From Chrysomallon squamiferum (lineage: Eukaryota; Animalia; Mollusca), in NCBI GenBank assembly GCA_012295275.1, contig CM022670.1, forward strand, positions 17,670,001-17,734,000: a stretch of 64,000 bases of DNA, written 5' to 3'. This document shows, piece after piece, positions 14,138-28,955 of the stretch (positions are counted from its first letter, which is position 1; each line of letters begins with the position of its first letter). The notes beneath the pieces are model-generated. The model had not been told where the DNA came from and did no database searches. It saw only the letters and a program-made list of their open reading frames with translations. Position numbers and translations under genes: made by a program.

Positions 14138-14195
14138 CTTTTCTGATAACCGTATTCGGATCCCCTGATATATAATTTGACGTATCATCTAAACC
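14138..14195 (-). CDS. TFAP2: Transcription factor AP-2, 58-nt coding exon (equivalent to the short vertebrate exon 3)
   Basis: The minus strand reads tttcag|GGT TTA GAT GAT ACG TCA AAT TAT ATA TCA GGG GAT CCG AAT ACG GTT ATC AGA AAA G|gtaagt = GLDDTSNYISGDPNTVIRK + 1 nt. Phase 0 in and phase 1 out exactly bridge the flanking exons. DPNTVIRK resembles the DQTVIKK motif of vertebrate AP-2. Confidence 0.9.
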
Positions 14196-14401
14196 CTGAA
14201 ACAAAATATTTTTTGATTAATATTATGTTCTGCTCGTATGTACGGTAATTTATCGTAATCATTATTATCATCATCATCATAAAATAATAATTATTATTAT
14301 TGCTGTTGCTATTTTTTCTATTTTGGATTGATGAAATAAAATAAAATATAAATAAAAATATATTTCTAAATATAATGAAATAAGGTACATTTCAATTACA
14401 T

Positions 14402-14402
<1 letters not shown>

Positions 14403-14452
<50 letters not shown>

Positions 14453-14455
14453 GTA

Positions 14456-14522
<67 letters not shown>
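14403..14522. repeat. (AAT)n microsatellite
   Basis: Read directly. Confidence 0.95.
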
Positions 14523-14525
<3 letters not shown>

Positions 14526-15787
14526 TAAAATGCAAAAGATATAGCAGATAAAATCCTTATTCATAAAAAATAATAATAAAAAAATAAAAAATTAATAGAA
14601 TTAATTTCAGAAAACTTCTTCCTGTCATTTATATATATTTTTTTTCAAACAAAACATTTTAATATAAATGAAAATAAATTAGAAGGAGAATGTAAATAAA
14701 TATATCATAACAAGTAACGAATCATATTTTAAATTAATTTAGAAATAGACATTATTCATATAAATAAATTAGGAAATAAATAAAATGAAACAAATGCAAC
14801 AAAAGTCAAAATAAATAGAATAAAACACAATAAAATAAATAGAATAAAACATAATAAAATAAAACAAAAGAACACAGACAAAATGAAATATTACAAAATA
14901 AAAATAAATATATTTTAAAGAAAATCAGTAAATAAAAACAATAATAAAAAGAAACAGAGCAATGAAATTAAAATAATATAGAGAAAAAAGTAATAAATAA
15001 AAAAAAGTAAATGAACAAATAAACAAATACACAAAGAAAATAAACAAATAATAAGAATAAAATACAATAAAGTAATATAATATAAAAAAATATAAAATAA
15101 AAACACTATATATATATATATATAAATTAAATTAAATTAAATTAAATTAATATTATAAAAAGTGAAAACTAAACAAAACAAAACAAAACAGAATAAAATA
15201 AAATAAAATAAAATGAAATAAAACAAAACAAAACAAAACAAAACAAAACAAAATAATATAAAATAAACATATAAAAACTAGATAATAATTATCAAATGAT
15301 AAAATCAGACTGAGTCTTTTCATGACAGTACAAGTTTAAAAACACCACGCACGGGCTTAGCGCGGTCTTTCTGGTCTGTGTTATTTTAATATTGATCAGA
15401 ATGTGTAGCCAAACCAGCACCTGTCGACCAACATCAAACAAGCCGCTCAATCAACGAAATACAGGTAAAACGAAAAATCAATGAAAAACCGATTAAAGCA
15501 TTTATCTGGAATGATAGGAGCCTGGGAATGGCTGTCATGATTATTGGATTTTGTACGTCTGTGCGGTGTGTGAGAAAGAAAAACATTATCTTTTTTATAT
15601 ACTTTTTTTTAAATTTAAGTTGTAAGATAATACAGTAAAATTTAGATTTTGATATTTTAAAAATTTTTTTATTTTTTTTAATACTATTAAAATCCAGAAC
15701 GTGGGCCAGTTGTATATTTTTATTTAAAGTAATATTATTATAGTACAGTTTAAAATATTAAGTATATATATATATATATATATATAT

Positions 15788-15826
<39 letters not shown>

Positions 15827-16920
15827 TTTTTTTTTATTATTACTATTATTATTTTTTTATTTTTTATTTTTTTTTTAAAATTTTAAAAAAGTATTTTAAT
15901 GTTCTTTAGGTATTATTTGTATTTAATATTTTGCATTTCAGAATATGAAAATGTATAATAAGTTGCAAAATAATCCTGCTTATTAGATTGAGTGAATTAT
16001 GTATGGAGTTTTTAAAGTTATTGCGGAAATACATCACACGTTTGCAACGACTGCTACATACAGATTATTCAAGAAAATAAATTTAAATGGCTGTGTCTTA
16101 CTTTAATGAAATTTTTTAAATTTAAATGTGCTATCTGAAAGGCAGTAAGTAAAAATTATATGCTGGATATAATTTTATAAAAAAGGATGATGGAAATAAT
16201 TTTAAATAAAATTTCGGCATATAAACATAGATTTCTTCTTATCTATTTACATAAATATGTAAGAGAACAATAATATTATGACGTCATAATAATTAATTAT
16301 ATGTATAAAAATGATTACAGCTAGAGAAATGGCAAACTGAATCAGGTAAGATAAGATATTTGAATTTTCAAATTTAATAGATTGTCCAAAGTTGAAACAA
16401 ATGTTAACGTTAAATAAGATAAAAAAAAAAAAATAATAATAATAAAATAAAAAGACCCACATAATTCATTATTCGTTTTTCATTAATAAAAGGATAAAAC
16501 CTTTTTTTTTTTTTTTTTTTTGTTGTTGTAAATAAACATTAAATATTAAACATTAAACATAACCACCCTTGAACCTTTACAGTTTGTGCGTCCTTATCCT
16601 TCAGTTATGTTCCAGCTATGGAATTGTTGGAATTAAAACTGTATTTGTTTGAGCCACTGGCAATTATTCCTTCTGTTCCGCGATATTTTTGTAAATCTAA
16701 TAAAGTATTTATAGTTGGTTATCCGGCCGAAGTCGTGTTAAACACTAATATACAAACATTATTCTTCGGCTAGCGTATTTACAGACACAATAGTCGTAAT
16801 AACATTTCTTTGTAACATTTGTCTTTTCAGTAATGTAAATGTTAAAGTAGATGCTATTTTCTGCACGAGTGATCGGTATTTATTATAACATTGAAATTTA
16901 AGCTATTTTATTTATTTATC

Positions 16921-16973
<53 letters not shown>

Positions 16974-17314
16974 GTTATTGTTGTTGTTGTTGTTGTTGTT
17001 GTTACTGTTACTGTTGTTGTTATTATTTTCAGTATATTTATTTTATTATTATGATTATTCTTACTATTAATATTATTACTCCTGTTATTACTACTACTAC
17101 TTCAACCACTATTACAACAACTACTACTACTATTATATAATTTAACTGATAAAATTAGATAAATGATAGCAGATATAACAGCTTAAAATATAATATATCT
17201 GGAACGTGAAAAAAAAAGATGGAATCAGTCATTCATAATGTTCTCTGAGTTAGTATTTCTCTATTATTTTCTGAGGAATCCTTTCGATATATATATATAG
17301 ATAGACAGACAGAC

Positions 17315-17353
<39 letters not shown>

Positions 17354-18442
17354 TAGACAGACAGATAGATAGATAATATTTTAGCTCTGGATTCAGTGTA
17401 ATTGGTAAAACAAACAGTCTAGAAAAAAAAAAAAATGTACATATATATAAATCACAAAAGTTTCTGGATCATAACATCTGTTATGAAGCATTTTTCTCTT
17501 ACATTAGCAGCATTATTAACTTCATTTATTACTGTTTATATTATTATATTCCTAATGTTTTCTGTAAATATTAACAGGAAAAGCAAATGTATTTATTTTG
17601 AGCTTAGGGTGAGGATTTTAAATAAATATCTGTCTTCCATCATCCCATTTTACAAAGTTAAAAAAACTTGGCCCCCCTCCCCCGTCCACACCCTTGAACC
17701 GTCCTGACTTTTTGTTGTTGCTAATGGTATGAGAACAGGTCAGGTTCGGGAACTGAGAGAAAACAAGACGATCTACCTGTCTTCTCAAAACGACACGGTC
17801 TGTGATCAAAGCGAACAGGTAATGTACAGGTAAAAATACAGGTAAAATTGAGGTAGATCGCTGTGACAAGAGGAATGAGATCAAAGACGAAGCAGACAAG
17901 AGATTTTTGAAAAATTAACACATGATGGACTATTTCGTCTGGCGGTGAAAGGAAACGCGTAATGATACATAAGATGGTTTTGTATGGTCTCAGCCACAGT
18001 TAAAATATTGCTGATTGAGTTGACGTTAAACTGAGATAACATTTACGTGTTAGAAAATTAGATTGCTGCGATAAGATTGTAATTATTTAGCTTACAAACA
18101 GTTGCGAAAAAACATCTCTCATTTATAAATAGTAACTGCTTAGTAAGTGTTTCGAAGTTATGAATATGTGTGTGATTTTGTGCACGTTTGTGTGTGTGTA
18201 TGTATGTAAGTATATACATTAATTAATTTTATCACTAAAAATTGACTTGTATTTTGTATTGCAAAACATTTTTTAATTAATTTTTGTTTGTCTATTTATT
18301 TATTTATAAATAAGGAAGAGGTAATTCCATTTCCTATACAAAAAGTTAAGAGCTTTAGAATAAGAACAAATTTAATGTTTGCTGTTTTAGAATAAGAACA
18401 AATTTAGTTTACTGCTGCTACCTACTAGTACTACTGCTGCTG

Positions 18443-18495
<53 letters not shown>

Positions 18496-19564
18496 GTTGT
18501 TGCTGCTGCTATTACTGCTACCTCTACTACTCAGCCATCACTATCACTATTAAGACATACCTAAGACAACAACTACTACAGCTAGAACTAAAGCAGCCAC
18601 TTCTATTACTTGCATTACTACAACAGCAACAACTACAACTACAACAACAACTATTAATAATACCAGTGAGGAATAACAACCGTTATTACTACCACTACAA
18701 TTATTTAGATTTATTACATAACGCAGATATATATCACTGTTATTGCATGACGTTATGGGCTTTCTAACCGCCTTTACAGGGTTCACTTGGTAGAGAATAT
18801 GTCGTATTCTTTTATTTCAAATGTTTGCGTTTTCCTGACAACACGTGGTATTGACTAAACACAGGCAAATCTCACCACGTCTGTGTAATAATTAAAATAT
18901 CACTGACAGCACTGGCTGTGTCTTGATTCAGAACGAATAAATATACCGGTTATTACATATGTATGCATGGATATGTATATTGTGTGTGTTTGTATACGTA
19001 TACGGACTTATGTAGTTAGTATCTGCGTAATATATTTGAACGTATGTATGCATGTTATTGTGTGTACAATTGTGAATACACTGGTTTATGTCAGATTTTT
19101 AATGGTATTTTAACGATGTAATATTTTAATAAGCAGTTTATGAGTTAGCCTGTATCGCTTCCTTTGCTTACGAATGTTTATTAGAAAGCAGAAAAAGGAA
19201 AGCGAAACCTTTAATTACGTCACAGACACGTCATATGGAGAGTTAATTAACAGGTTATTAAGGTGCGACAGTGATTTTCACCTGGCCTTAATAGCTAACC
19301 TCGCATCATGAGACAAGGCAAAAATGAGTTTACACGAACATTAAACAATTGCCACAACTATTACGATAAAATCTAAATGTTGTCAAGCTGTTTCGGCAAG
19401 GTGTTTTGACAGACGGACGAACGAACGAGTAGATTAGTTGGATGTCGTCCAGGATAGACGGACTACGTGACGTCTTCCCTGCGGCTACAATCATCAGCGA
19501 GTGAACGGCTTGAGAGATCCCGTTAAAAATAATTGTATCACTTTGATTTATGAAGTATACTTGA

Positions 19565-19752
<188 letters not shown>

Positions 19753-20129
19753 TTGGATGGATGGAGGATGGACTGATATATAGATAGATGCATACGTAGG
19801 AAGAAGCTAGGCATGTAGGTAGATAGACATTCAGTTAGTAATAATGATATAAAGTCATTACGTTTGCATTTAACAATAGAACAGTCCTTGTTTCTTGATT
19901 TCCACTCTACTTAAAATGTTTCACCTGATTTTTATCATCAAAGCGCTGACATTACATTACAGATTAACCGTTTCTAAACACAGACGAATTTAAACTTATT
20001 TAAAGTAAACCAGACAATTCAGTGAAAAACGTACCAGAGAGATGTACAAATATTTAACTCTCGCACGCTGCTTATTACTCGATGAATCATACGAGAAACT
20101 TTATGTTTACCTTGGACTGGAAAACACAG

Positions 20130-20310
20130 GTAATGAATGAATGCATGTTATTTTAACGATACCTCAACGCATTTATATATTAGCGGTAACTAGACGTCGC
20201 ACATGCGAAATTAGAATGACAGAAGGACAGAGGAAATTCTACACTGCTGTTTCTTAGACTACTCTCAGCAGAGACAAATCTTATAATATATATATATATA
20301 TGCACATACA
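20130..20310 (-). mobile_element. Degenerate SINE remnant (3' part with short-repeat tail, reverse orientation)
   Basis: ATGAATGAATG...TTTAACGATACCTCAACGCATTTAT...GAGGAAA...CTACTCTCAGCAG...ATATGCAC resembles, from memory, the reverse-complemented tail and body of the same gastropod SINE. Not verified by alignment. Confidence 0.4.
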
Positions 20311-20699
20311 CATCAGGCATATATTAATATGTATACAGTTAAGATTCGTTTTTAATAAATAAGATAAGAATGATAACTCATCGGAAGCAACCGGGATATA
20401 TCTTACCATCCATCATTTATAAATAAAATTTACAAATATGTTTGATCATTACTTTTAAAGCACAATCATAAATAGATGGTAAAAACTGTTTTATTACACT
20501 GTATTTGTAAATGTTACATTTATAGAAGATAGTTCATTTACTATAAATAACCAAACATTAAAGTTTATTAAATGCACGCAGTTGTTAAAAAACATATTGG
20601 TAGATTAATATCAGGAACAAAATAACAAAGTAAATAAAACTTCTCATCCTTTTATTTATTTATTGTTACTGTTGTTGTAATTACTTTTCGTTTGTTTTA

Positions 20700-20730
<31 letters not shown>

Positions 20731-22237
20731 AGAGAAAAAGTAGATAACAAAATATAACGCTTAGGTAATTTTTTTTTTTTTTTTTTTTTAACTAGAAACA
20801 TGTTTACATAGATAAAACTGTGGCTTTATATTCAGTTTTGTAACGGCGTACAAATAAATTGTAAAGAACGTTTTTTTCTCATTTCGTCTCACATATACAT
20901 TCAACTGTTTCTGTTTGTACATAGCGACCTGTCGCTTCTTTTCGCCTCTTTTCGGGGACTAATCGGTTTTTTGTTGGTGAGAATTATTTTTCAAAACCAG
21001 TTGTGTACATAACTAGATTTCAATGCGTTTCCGAGTCTCGCGTACAGAATAGCTAGATGATGGACGTATTGTGAAAATGCGTGACAGACATTTCCTTAAA
21101 ATTGCAACATTTTGTGTGTTTGTTCCTAAATCGTCGCTTGCTTACACTGAAAACTTAGCGGACAATCGCGGCTGATGTAAGTAAACAACAAGCGATACGG
21201 CAGACGCGGGGAGCACCAGTCCATTGTTAAAAGACAACGGCGCAACGTTTCATTTCACCTCGGTTTTAAAGCGAATTCGTGAACCTGACCACCATGACAC
21301 TTTTAGTGGGTAGAACAGCTTGCGTGGGTTTTTCCAGTTCTAACCTTGTATGAAGGCGACCAAGATGGCTTTTGCTTTGGAGAAAATTATACCTTGGAGT
21401 TGTAATAAATTAAAACTAAATGAAAAAATATATATATAATAATAATATTTTATATATAAGTATAAATAAAAAATTATGTAAACAATAAAAACCGTTTAAA
21501 ATACTAAAATGAAATAGAAATTCAATTAATATTAAATAAAAATAAAAATGTTCAAAATCGGAATGATGTTTTAAATAAGGTTCACATTTGTAACCTAATG
21601 AAATGAAATTTTAACCAAAAACATACGCAAACATACAATTAAGGCACATACTCATACACCATCGAACACAAAGCTACAGACACTAGTACACATTACTTAC
21701 TTTAAAGATGAAGAATACCGCATTTGTCAGCAAATTCAGTTTAACGAAATAAATCAGTTTTAAACCTCATATTAAAAATCGTTTATAAAGACGCTTTATT
21801 TTCTTTCGCTGAATTGATCGACAACTGCTTTTTAAATGTTAAACGTAATCATATTCTTAATTTTAATTCTGGATAAAAAAAAAAAAGAGAAAGAAAAATA
21901 AAGAAAATAATAAAAAGAAATTCCTATTCGTTCTTTTTCTGAAAGACTAAAAATTGTCATTATCGAACTTAAAAGGGACATAGACGAACTTGAATGACTG
22001 ACAAGAAAAAAGCTTTCAAATCATTTCCACTAAAATCAAATAGAAACTCGCTCCATTCCGAGAACTTTGTTTGTGGAAATTCCCCCTTTTTGTCCGCTTC
22101 TGAGCATTAAGTCTTAGTGAATTAATTTCTGATTTGCTGTTCCCGACACGCATCGCTAGGCCGGCCTTAATCTATAAATGAAGCTCTTTCGTTAATTTGT
22201 CTTTTAACCATATCCATCAAGCAAGTCCCATTCGAGT

Positions 22238-22274
<37 letters not shown>

Positions 22275-22681
22275 CCTGGCCATTTTGTTCAGAGCGCCTT
22301 CCCTCTGACAAGGTAACAAGGCTGTCGTTTTTATCTGATTTGACGAAAGGCGAATTTCTTTGATTTGTTTTTACATGCTACGAAATTACGTTCACTTAGT
22401 GCGTCCTTCGTAACGTCTACTCCAGATTATAATAATAGACAGGTTTTGTTTGAAAATAAAAACACAAAAAAAGGTATATATATATATATTTTAAAAAAGT
22501 GTATATGGACAGTAGAGAATAAAAGGAATAGATAGTAAGTTTGTTTTACAATAAATAAATAAAAAAAAAAAAAAAAAAAAAAAAAAAATAAATATTATAT
22601 TCTCTTCTACAAAATTATGTCTGTATTTAATTTAATAATATTAAATTTTTATAATAAGTGTATAAATGATTTTACACTAAC

Positions 22682-22756
<75 letters not shown>

Positions 22757-23721
22757 GGCTTATAATGATGTTGATAACGAAGATGATATTAATAATAAAA
22801 AGTTGATTAAGGTAAGAAGAAAAAAAAGAGCTGAAGTTACATTCATGTTTAAATTAACATTTAATTTCATATCACACTGGCTTGCACACATTAGCTACAC
22901 CTGCACAACAACAACGACAACAAAAGCTTTACAAACGACGTCTGCTGGGACATTTACACGCAACGCAGTGTATTATACGATATTGACTTTTTACAACGAT
23001 CTCATCGAACGTTCCAAACAATACTCATATACGTCCGCTGTAACAGTATGTAAAAATAAAAAATAAAATAATAAAAAAATATAAAAAAATTGTATTTCTC
23101 CATTTTTATTCATATGATCATGAATAAATAAAATTAAAAAAAAGGAATTATATCGAGACTGCCGAGGTAGGTAAATATATTCTAACAATACAATGTTTGC
23201 ACTTTTCTTTGGCTCTGTTGATGATACAATGATAAAGAAATGAAGTAAAAACAACTGTTATCAGAGATGAAGAAAATATTTTCATCGTTACTCGCTGCTT
23301 TCATTGTTCTATTCATTTGGTTACTTAGCTATTTGTAACCATTACCGTCCGTAATGGTTTCTATGGTTACAGTCTCGTGGTTTCTATGGATACAGTCTCG
23401 TACGTTAACGTGATTGTGAACTTGTTTGGTTATTAATGGCCCAGTGGTTACAGTGTTTTGTACGTTAATGTAATCAGATACGTAAGTCTGGTTACTGCAG
23501 TATTTGTAACAACTGTGGTCTTTAATGATCCATAGGTACCAGCGTCACGCTGTATTATTTCAACATAGCTATTCGCTTGTCTAACCAGTTAAGCTGTGTT
23601 TATTTAATTCTCAAACATCCATACCAATAATAATTTTATAAAATGACGTCATTCTTCTATGATTATGATAATGACGTCATGTCATTGTTGCATTCAGCGA
23701 GATGAAGACAACAAAATGTGT

Positions 23722-23792
<71 letters not shown>

Positions 23793-25562
23793 GGTAATTA
23801 TTCACCTATATAACATTTACATAGATAACTAATAATTTTAATATTTGTTTCAGTAACCGTATTAATTATTTGTCTAAAAAATTAATTTTGACTCTCAAAA
23901 TAATAGATTACATCTTTACGATTAACATTATAGTACAGATTTGTTATCCATGTCTCTCTCTCTCTCATTCTCTCTCACACAGAGACGCGAACTTGTTCAG
24001 AATAATTCACACACCTACGAAACTTTGATAAATTCTACTTGATAAAAGTCCACGATAATTTCTGTATTCTATTACATGTGACAAACACATCCATTAGCAT
24101 GATTCACTAACTCGATTCTTAAAACTGTTCACCAACATCTTAATTAGGACGCTGTCGGTCAATCAAAGGCGACTTGGACAATAACAGTTTGGTCTAAAAG
24201 ACCTCACCGTCTCCTCCCACTGGTTTTTCGTGTAACCTTTACCCCGACACCCCACCCACTTCCACTTTGACGGCGCGAGATTTAGCGGTGTTTCTTACCA
24301 CAAAAAACATACCCACGGAGAAGAGAAGAGAAAAACGCTCAATTATCGACACCGATGGTTTTCTACTTGACAACAAAACATCGACCCCGACTTCAAACGG
24401 AGCGAGTCATTAGGTCGTTAGTGTTCTTTAGACCAAAATCAGAAGAAATTGATAAAAAAAGAAAAAAAAAAAGAGGTGCACCTCTCAACAACTGAAAAGT
24501 ATTTTTAAAATTTTTTTTTTTTTTTTTTTTTAACAGTCAATGCAGAATGAAGAAACGGGACGAATCGGGGGCAGGGCACCCCTACAGTGTAACAAATTCC
24601 TTCTCCATGGGCTGAAGATTGAATAAGGGAGGCAACACGAGACAACCGCGGGAGTCCAGAGCCAAGAGGGTCTGGCTTGTTATTATCACCGTTTACCCGC
24701 TTATTAAATTAAACAGGTTTTTTCTTTAATCATAAAATCAAGATAATTCGTGAAGAGCTTTCATGTCTCTCTGTTACATTATGAAGTCTACAGTTCTTGA
24801 GTGTTGAAAAGAAAGGTAAAAATAGGTTGAGTTCAACATCAAAAGACGGATTCGTTTTTCTTCTTTTTGTATCGAAATGCGCAAACTCTAGAACAATTTC
24901 CGGTTTGTCTGTGAGCATGGGAAGCAGATGTAGATAAAAATAAAATTTGTTTTGGCCTGCGATGCGACTCTTTTTAAAATTAAGAACTATCACATATACT
25001 TGCAAATAGATAAAAACGAAAGTTATACATAAGCATGAAATCAATATATATTTACATATGCACAAGAAAGAGCTACTCTTAAAATTATAGTAACGTTTTT
25101 GATTGACTAAATTTTGAATTATCAAGGATATATTTTTACCACATTTTTACCAAAAAAAAGAACAAATTGAATTTAACGCGTACGTTAAGCTGTTTTAAAT
25201 TTCAATTATTTTCTAAAATAAAATAAATATATTTTTTATGCACTACTAACGAAATAATTCGATCAGGGATTGTTTTTCAAAACAATTTCTTTGTCTTATT
25301 TTCTTTGGTTGTTTGTTGACGAGCAATTATTTACAATGTCAGTGTGTTTTTGTTTACCTCCAGTCTTGATTTATAAACGGACGTCGGTGCCAGGGAACAT
25401 GCATTTCTAATTATGTAAATGATCTATCATTTCCGGCGCAACGCGGAAGTTTAATGATTAAAAATAATTAGGAAGATACACTGCGCATGATTGCAATTAT
25501 CTTTGTGATGTTTGTAATATTAATATTATTTATCAAACCATCAATGATTCTTTAAAACTGAA

Positions 25563-25720
<158 letters not shown>

Positions 25721-26439
25721 TCCTGATGATGATACTAGACACGAAAGTTAGAAAAAAGCTTGCAGGCATATCCAAAGTATTGCGCATTCATTTTTCGTTT
25801 TTATACTTGTAAACATTAACGTTACTAGAAACTCAAAAAAAAAAAAATGCATTTTTTTCCTACTGTTTTATAACAGCAGTTAAAGGTTGTTAATTTGCTA
25901 TATAACTTAATAATGATACCACGAAGCCATGATATAGTTTGTCATGAGTGATGGGGTTAGATAATATAAAAGAATCAATACTTGTGAATAATACATCATA
26001 AAAGAGTCATAAAGTTCAAAGGAAAACACACATATACGCACGCCAGTGTTTTTTTTTGTTTTTTTACTTTACTGTTTTTCTCGATTAAAAGGTTATTATA
26101 TGGTGAAATATTCATAAAAGGATCAAACAAAGTAAACAAAAGGTTGTGATGGTGATTGTCATAAACTGTGGCAGTAAAAGTTATAAACGCACCGTCATCA
26201 TATGCCACTTTGACTTGTGTTTTAATATTTCATCGTTAATTGGAATCATATATATTTTATCACAACAGAGCAAGCTGGCGTGAGAAAAAAAAAAAAAAAA
26301 GAAGAAAACAGTCAACTGTAGAAAATATAGGCTTGTGTTTTTTTTTTTTTTCAGATTTTATACACGCACACGTATATATATTGTCAATAATAATAACTAC
26401 AACTGTATCAGTAGTAATAATAACAGTAATAACAATAGC

Positions 26440-26697
26440 AAAGACAACAATTATAGAAAAAAAATATTTAAATAACTTAGAAATAAAGAAATGCTGAGAA
26501 CTGTATATACATTTCTTATCATACAGTAAAGACAACAATTATAGAAACAAATATTTAAATAACTTAGAAAAAAAGAAATGTAGAGAAATGTATATACATT
26601 TCTTATCATATAGTAAAAACAACAATTATAGAAACAAATATTTAAATAACTTAGAAAAAAAAAATGTAGAGAAAGGTATGTATATATTTCTTATCAT
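26440..26697. repeat. ~87-bp tandem repeat x3
   Basis: ACAACAATTATAGAAA(A/C)AAATATTTAAATAACTTAGAAA...TATATACATTTCTTATCAT occurs three times. Confidence 0.9.
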
Positions 26698-27684
26698 TTC
26701 AAAAAGGAGAGTAAATAAAAATAATATTCCAAGATGGCTGCCTAATTTGGTTTGCTGTGTCAGTACGTGATAGGACACGCAGGACGTGAAGCGTGGATGA
26801 TGTATGCGTTTGGTCCAGGTGGGTGATGGTGATGGTGACAGACGTGACAGTTGATGGATCGCCCCGTGCTTTCTGCCCACAACACGACTAATGCACGAAG
26901 ATGAGCGCGACCCGGACCTAGCGACAAAGCAGTCATGTGACGTGTAAGAGAAAGGTCAACTGCGTAGAATTATGAGTTATTACAGGTATGAAAGATTCAG
27001 GTGTCTTTGAGCATCAAAGCGAAATATAAATTATTACGTGTTTTAGTGATACTGTGAAATAAAGAGAAAAAGAATACGTGTACGTATATAATATAATGTA
27101 TTTGTGTGTGTCTCTGTGTGTGTCTCTGTGTGTGAATACATAGAGAGAAAACAGAAATATGAAGAAAAAAAATAATCTTTTTAAAAACAAAATTAAAAGT
27201 AATAGTACAGAAAACACGAGACAGTATAAGAGGTACTTGTAATGCTAGCACGCATTTTAGTGGTAGCATAAATAAAAGTATACATGTTAATAGAAATGAC
27301 AGTGGCAGTCACAGATGTATTAGTAAAAGCCGAAAATACTGACGCTGTTGAAGATAAAACAAATAACAGTGCGTTTATATTTTATAATCATTTTCACTAT
27401 GTTTATCCGAGGGTTTGTTATGTGTATATTTATATTTATCGCTGAGAAAATAAAAAAAGAATGTATTTGTATTATGTTATTATCTTGTGTAATTTGATTA
27501 ATTATCGTTATGTGACTAATGATAAGAAATCAGGAGCAATAGATAAGGAAATGCGTAAAAGTGTTTTACTGGCGTTCAAAACTACCACCTGATTGTGAGT
27601 CACAGGTTACCAGAGACATTTTCGTGTACTAATACAATTAAATAACATTTGTCATTATTTTACTCTATCGTATTTCAAAAAGAA

Positions 27685-27761
27685 GAGATATAAGTTTGAA
27701 TTAGGAAAGATTACTAATTTTAAGTGAGATATAAGTTTGAATTAGGAACGATTACTAATTT
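27685..27761. repeat. 41-bp tandem duplication
   Basis: GAGATATAAGTTTGAATTAGGAA(A/C)GATTACTAATTT at 27685 and 27726. Confidence 0.92.
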
Positions 27762-28924
27762 GTACGTTATTAAATAGTTTCAGAACGTGTTCTCAGATCA
27801 GAAACTGAAAAGAGACAGAAGGTGGAGAGAAAAGAAGGGAGAAAGAAAACTAAAAACTGAAGTAGAAGTAATTCCACTCGAGTAACGAGATTAATGAATT
27901 CTGAGAAGCGAAACCTTAAAGATGAGCGCACTGACACAACTGTCATGGATACCGAGGTCAACAGAGGACAGTGTTAACGCCCGTAACGTGACGTAATGAA
28001 TCTACGTCCTGCTGGCGAAAGTGTTATTACCCGTGAAGTGCCACCAAAACACGACAAGGAAATAAACACATATAAACAACAGAACGTGCATCGTGTTAGA
28101 CTCTACTGATGTGATTAAGTGAGAGAGAAATTTTGTTTTTGCACGATGTGAAAATATCGGATATCAAATACCTTGTTTCGTGTTTCGCCGTTTAATGACG
28201 TTTGTTTGTGGCTCTTTCGCGTAATTAACAGTGCCTGCTCACTAGTTTTGTCTTACGGTGTTATCTGTGGTTTAGCTTAATGACAGGTCAGAGGGAAAAA
28301 AAATAAACAGACTGACAGAAAAATTTAAAGAGAAAAAAAAAAAATTGGGTTTTTTGTTTGTTTTTTTGTAATTACAATTATTTATTTATTTCTATATTTT
28401 TTATATATATATATTTTTTGGGGGAATGCGTGAATCATTGAAAAATTGTGTTTGGCTGTAATACATGTATTTATGCATTTGTATCTATATATAATGTACA
28501 TGTACGTACGTACTTACACACACACAAACACAAACATACACACACACACACAAACACAAACATACTCAGCCCTAACTAAACACACATTACATTTATAAAT
28601 GACGCGCATATATCAAAAACTATAAGTTTCTCAACGTAAAATATCAGACTAGATGAATAAAGAAAATATTAAAAACGTTCTGAGATCAATAAGAAAAGAA
28701 ACTACGGAAGATGCAGTATTGATTACAGGTACTATATTTAACAATCAGATATCTCGTGCAAACAAACCTCATAACGTACTGTTAGAAAAAAAAAATGTAT
28801 CAGAAAAGCGAAGAAGAATAAGGCAGAACAAACATAAAAAATAATCGAAAAATAAAAAAGAATAAGAAAAGAAAGAAAATAAGAAAATAAAAAAGGAAGA
28901 ACCTAGATGATGATGAAAAGGATG

Positions 28925-28955
<31 letters not shown>

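Noticed and set aside
17815-17850. Three tandem CAGGTAA motifs (splice-donor-like or ZEB-site-like)
   Set aside because: They are on the strand opposite to the gene and are explained by a short 11-12 bp slippage repeat.
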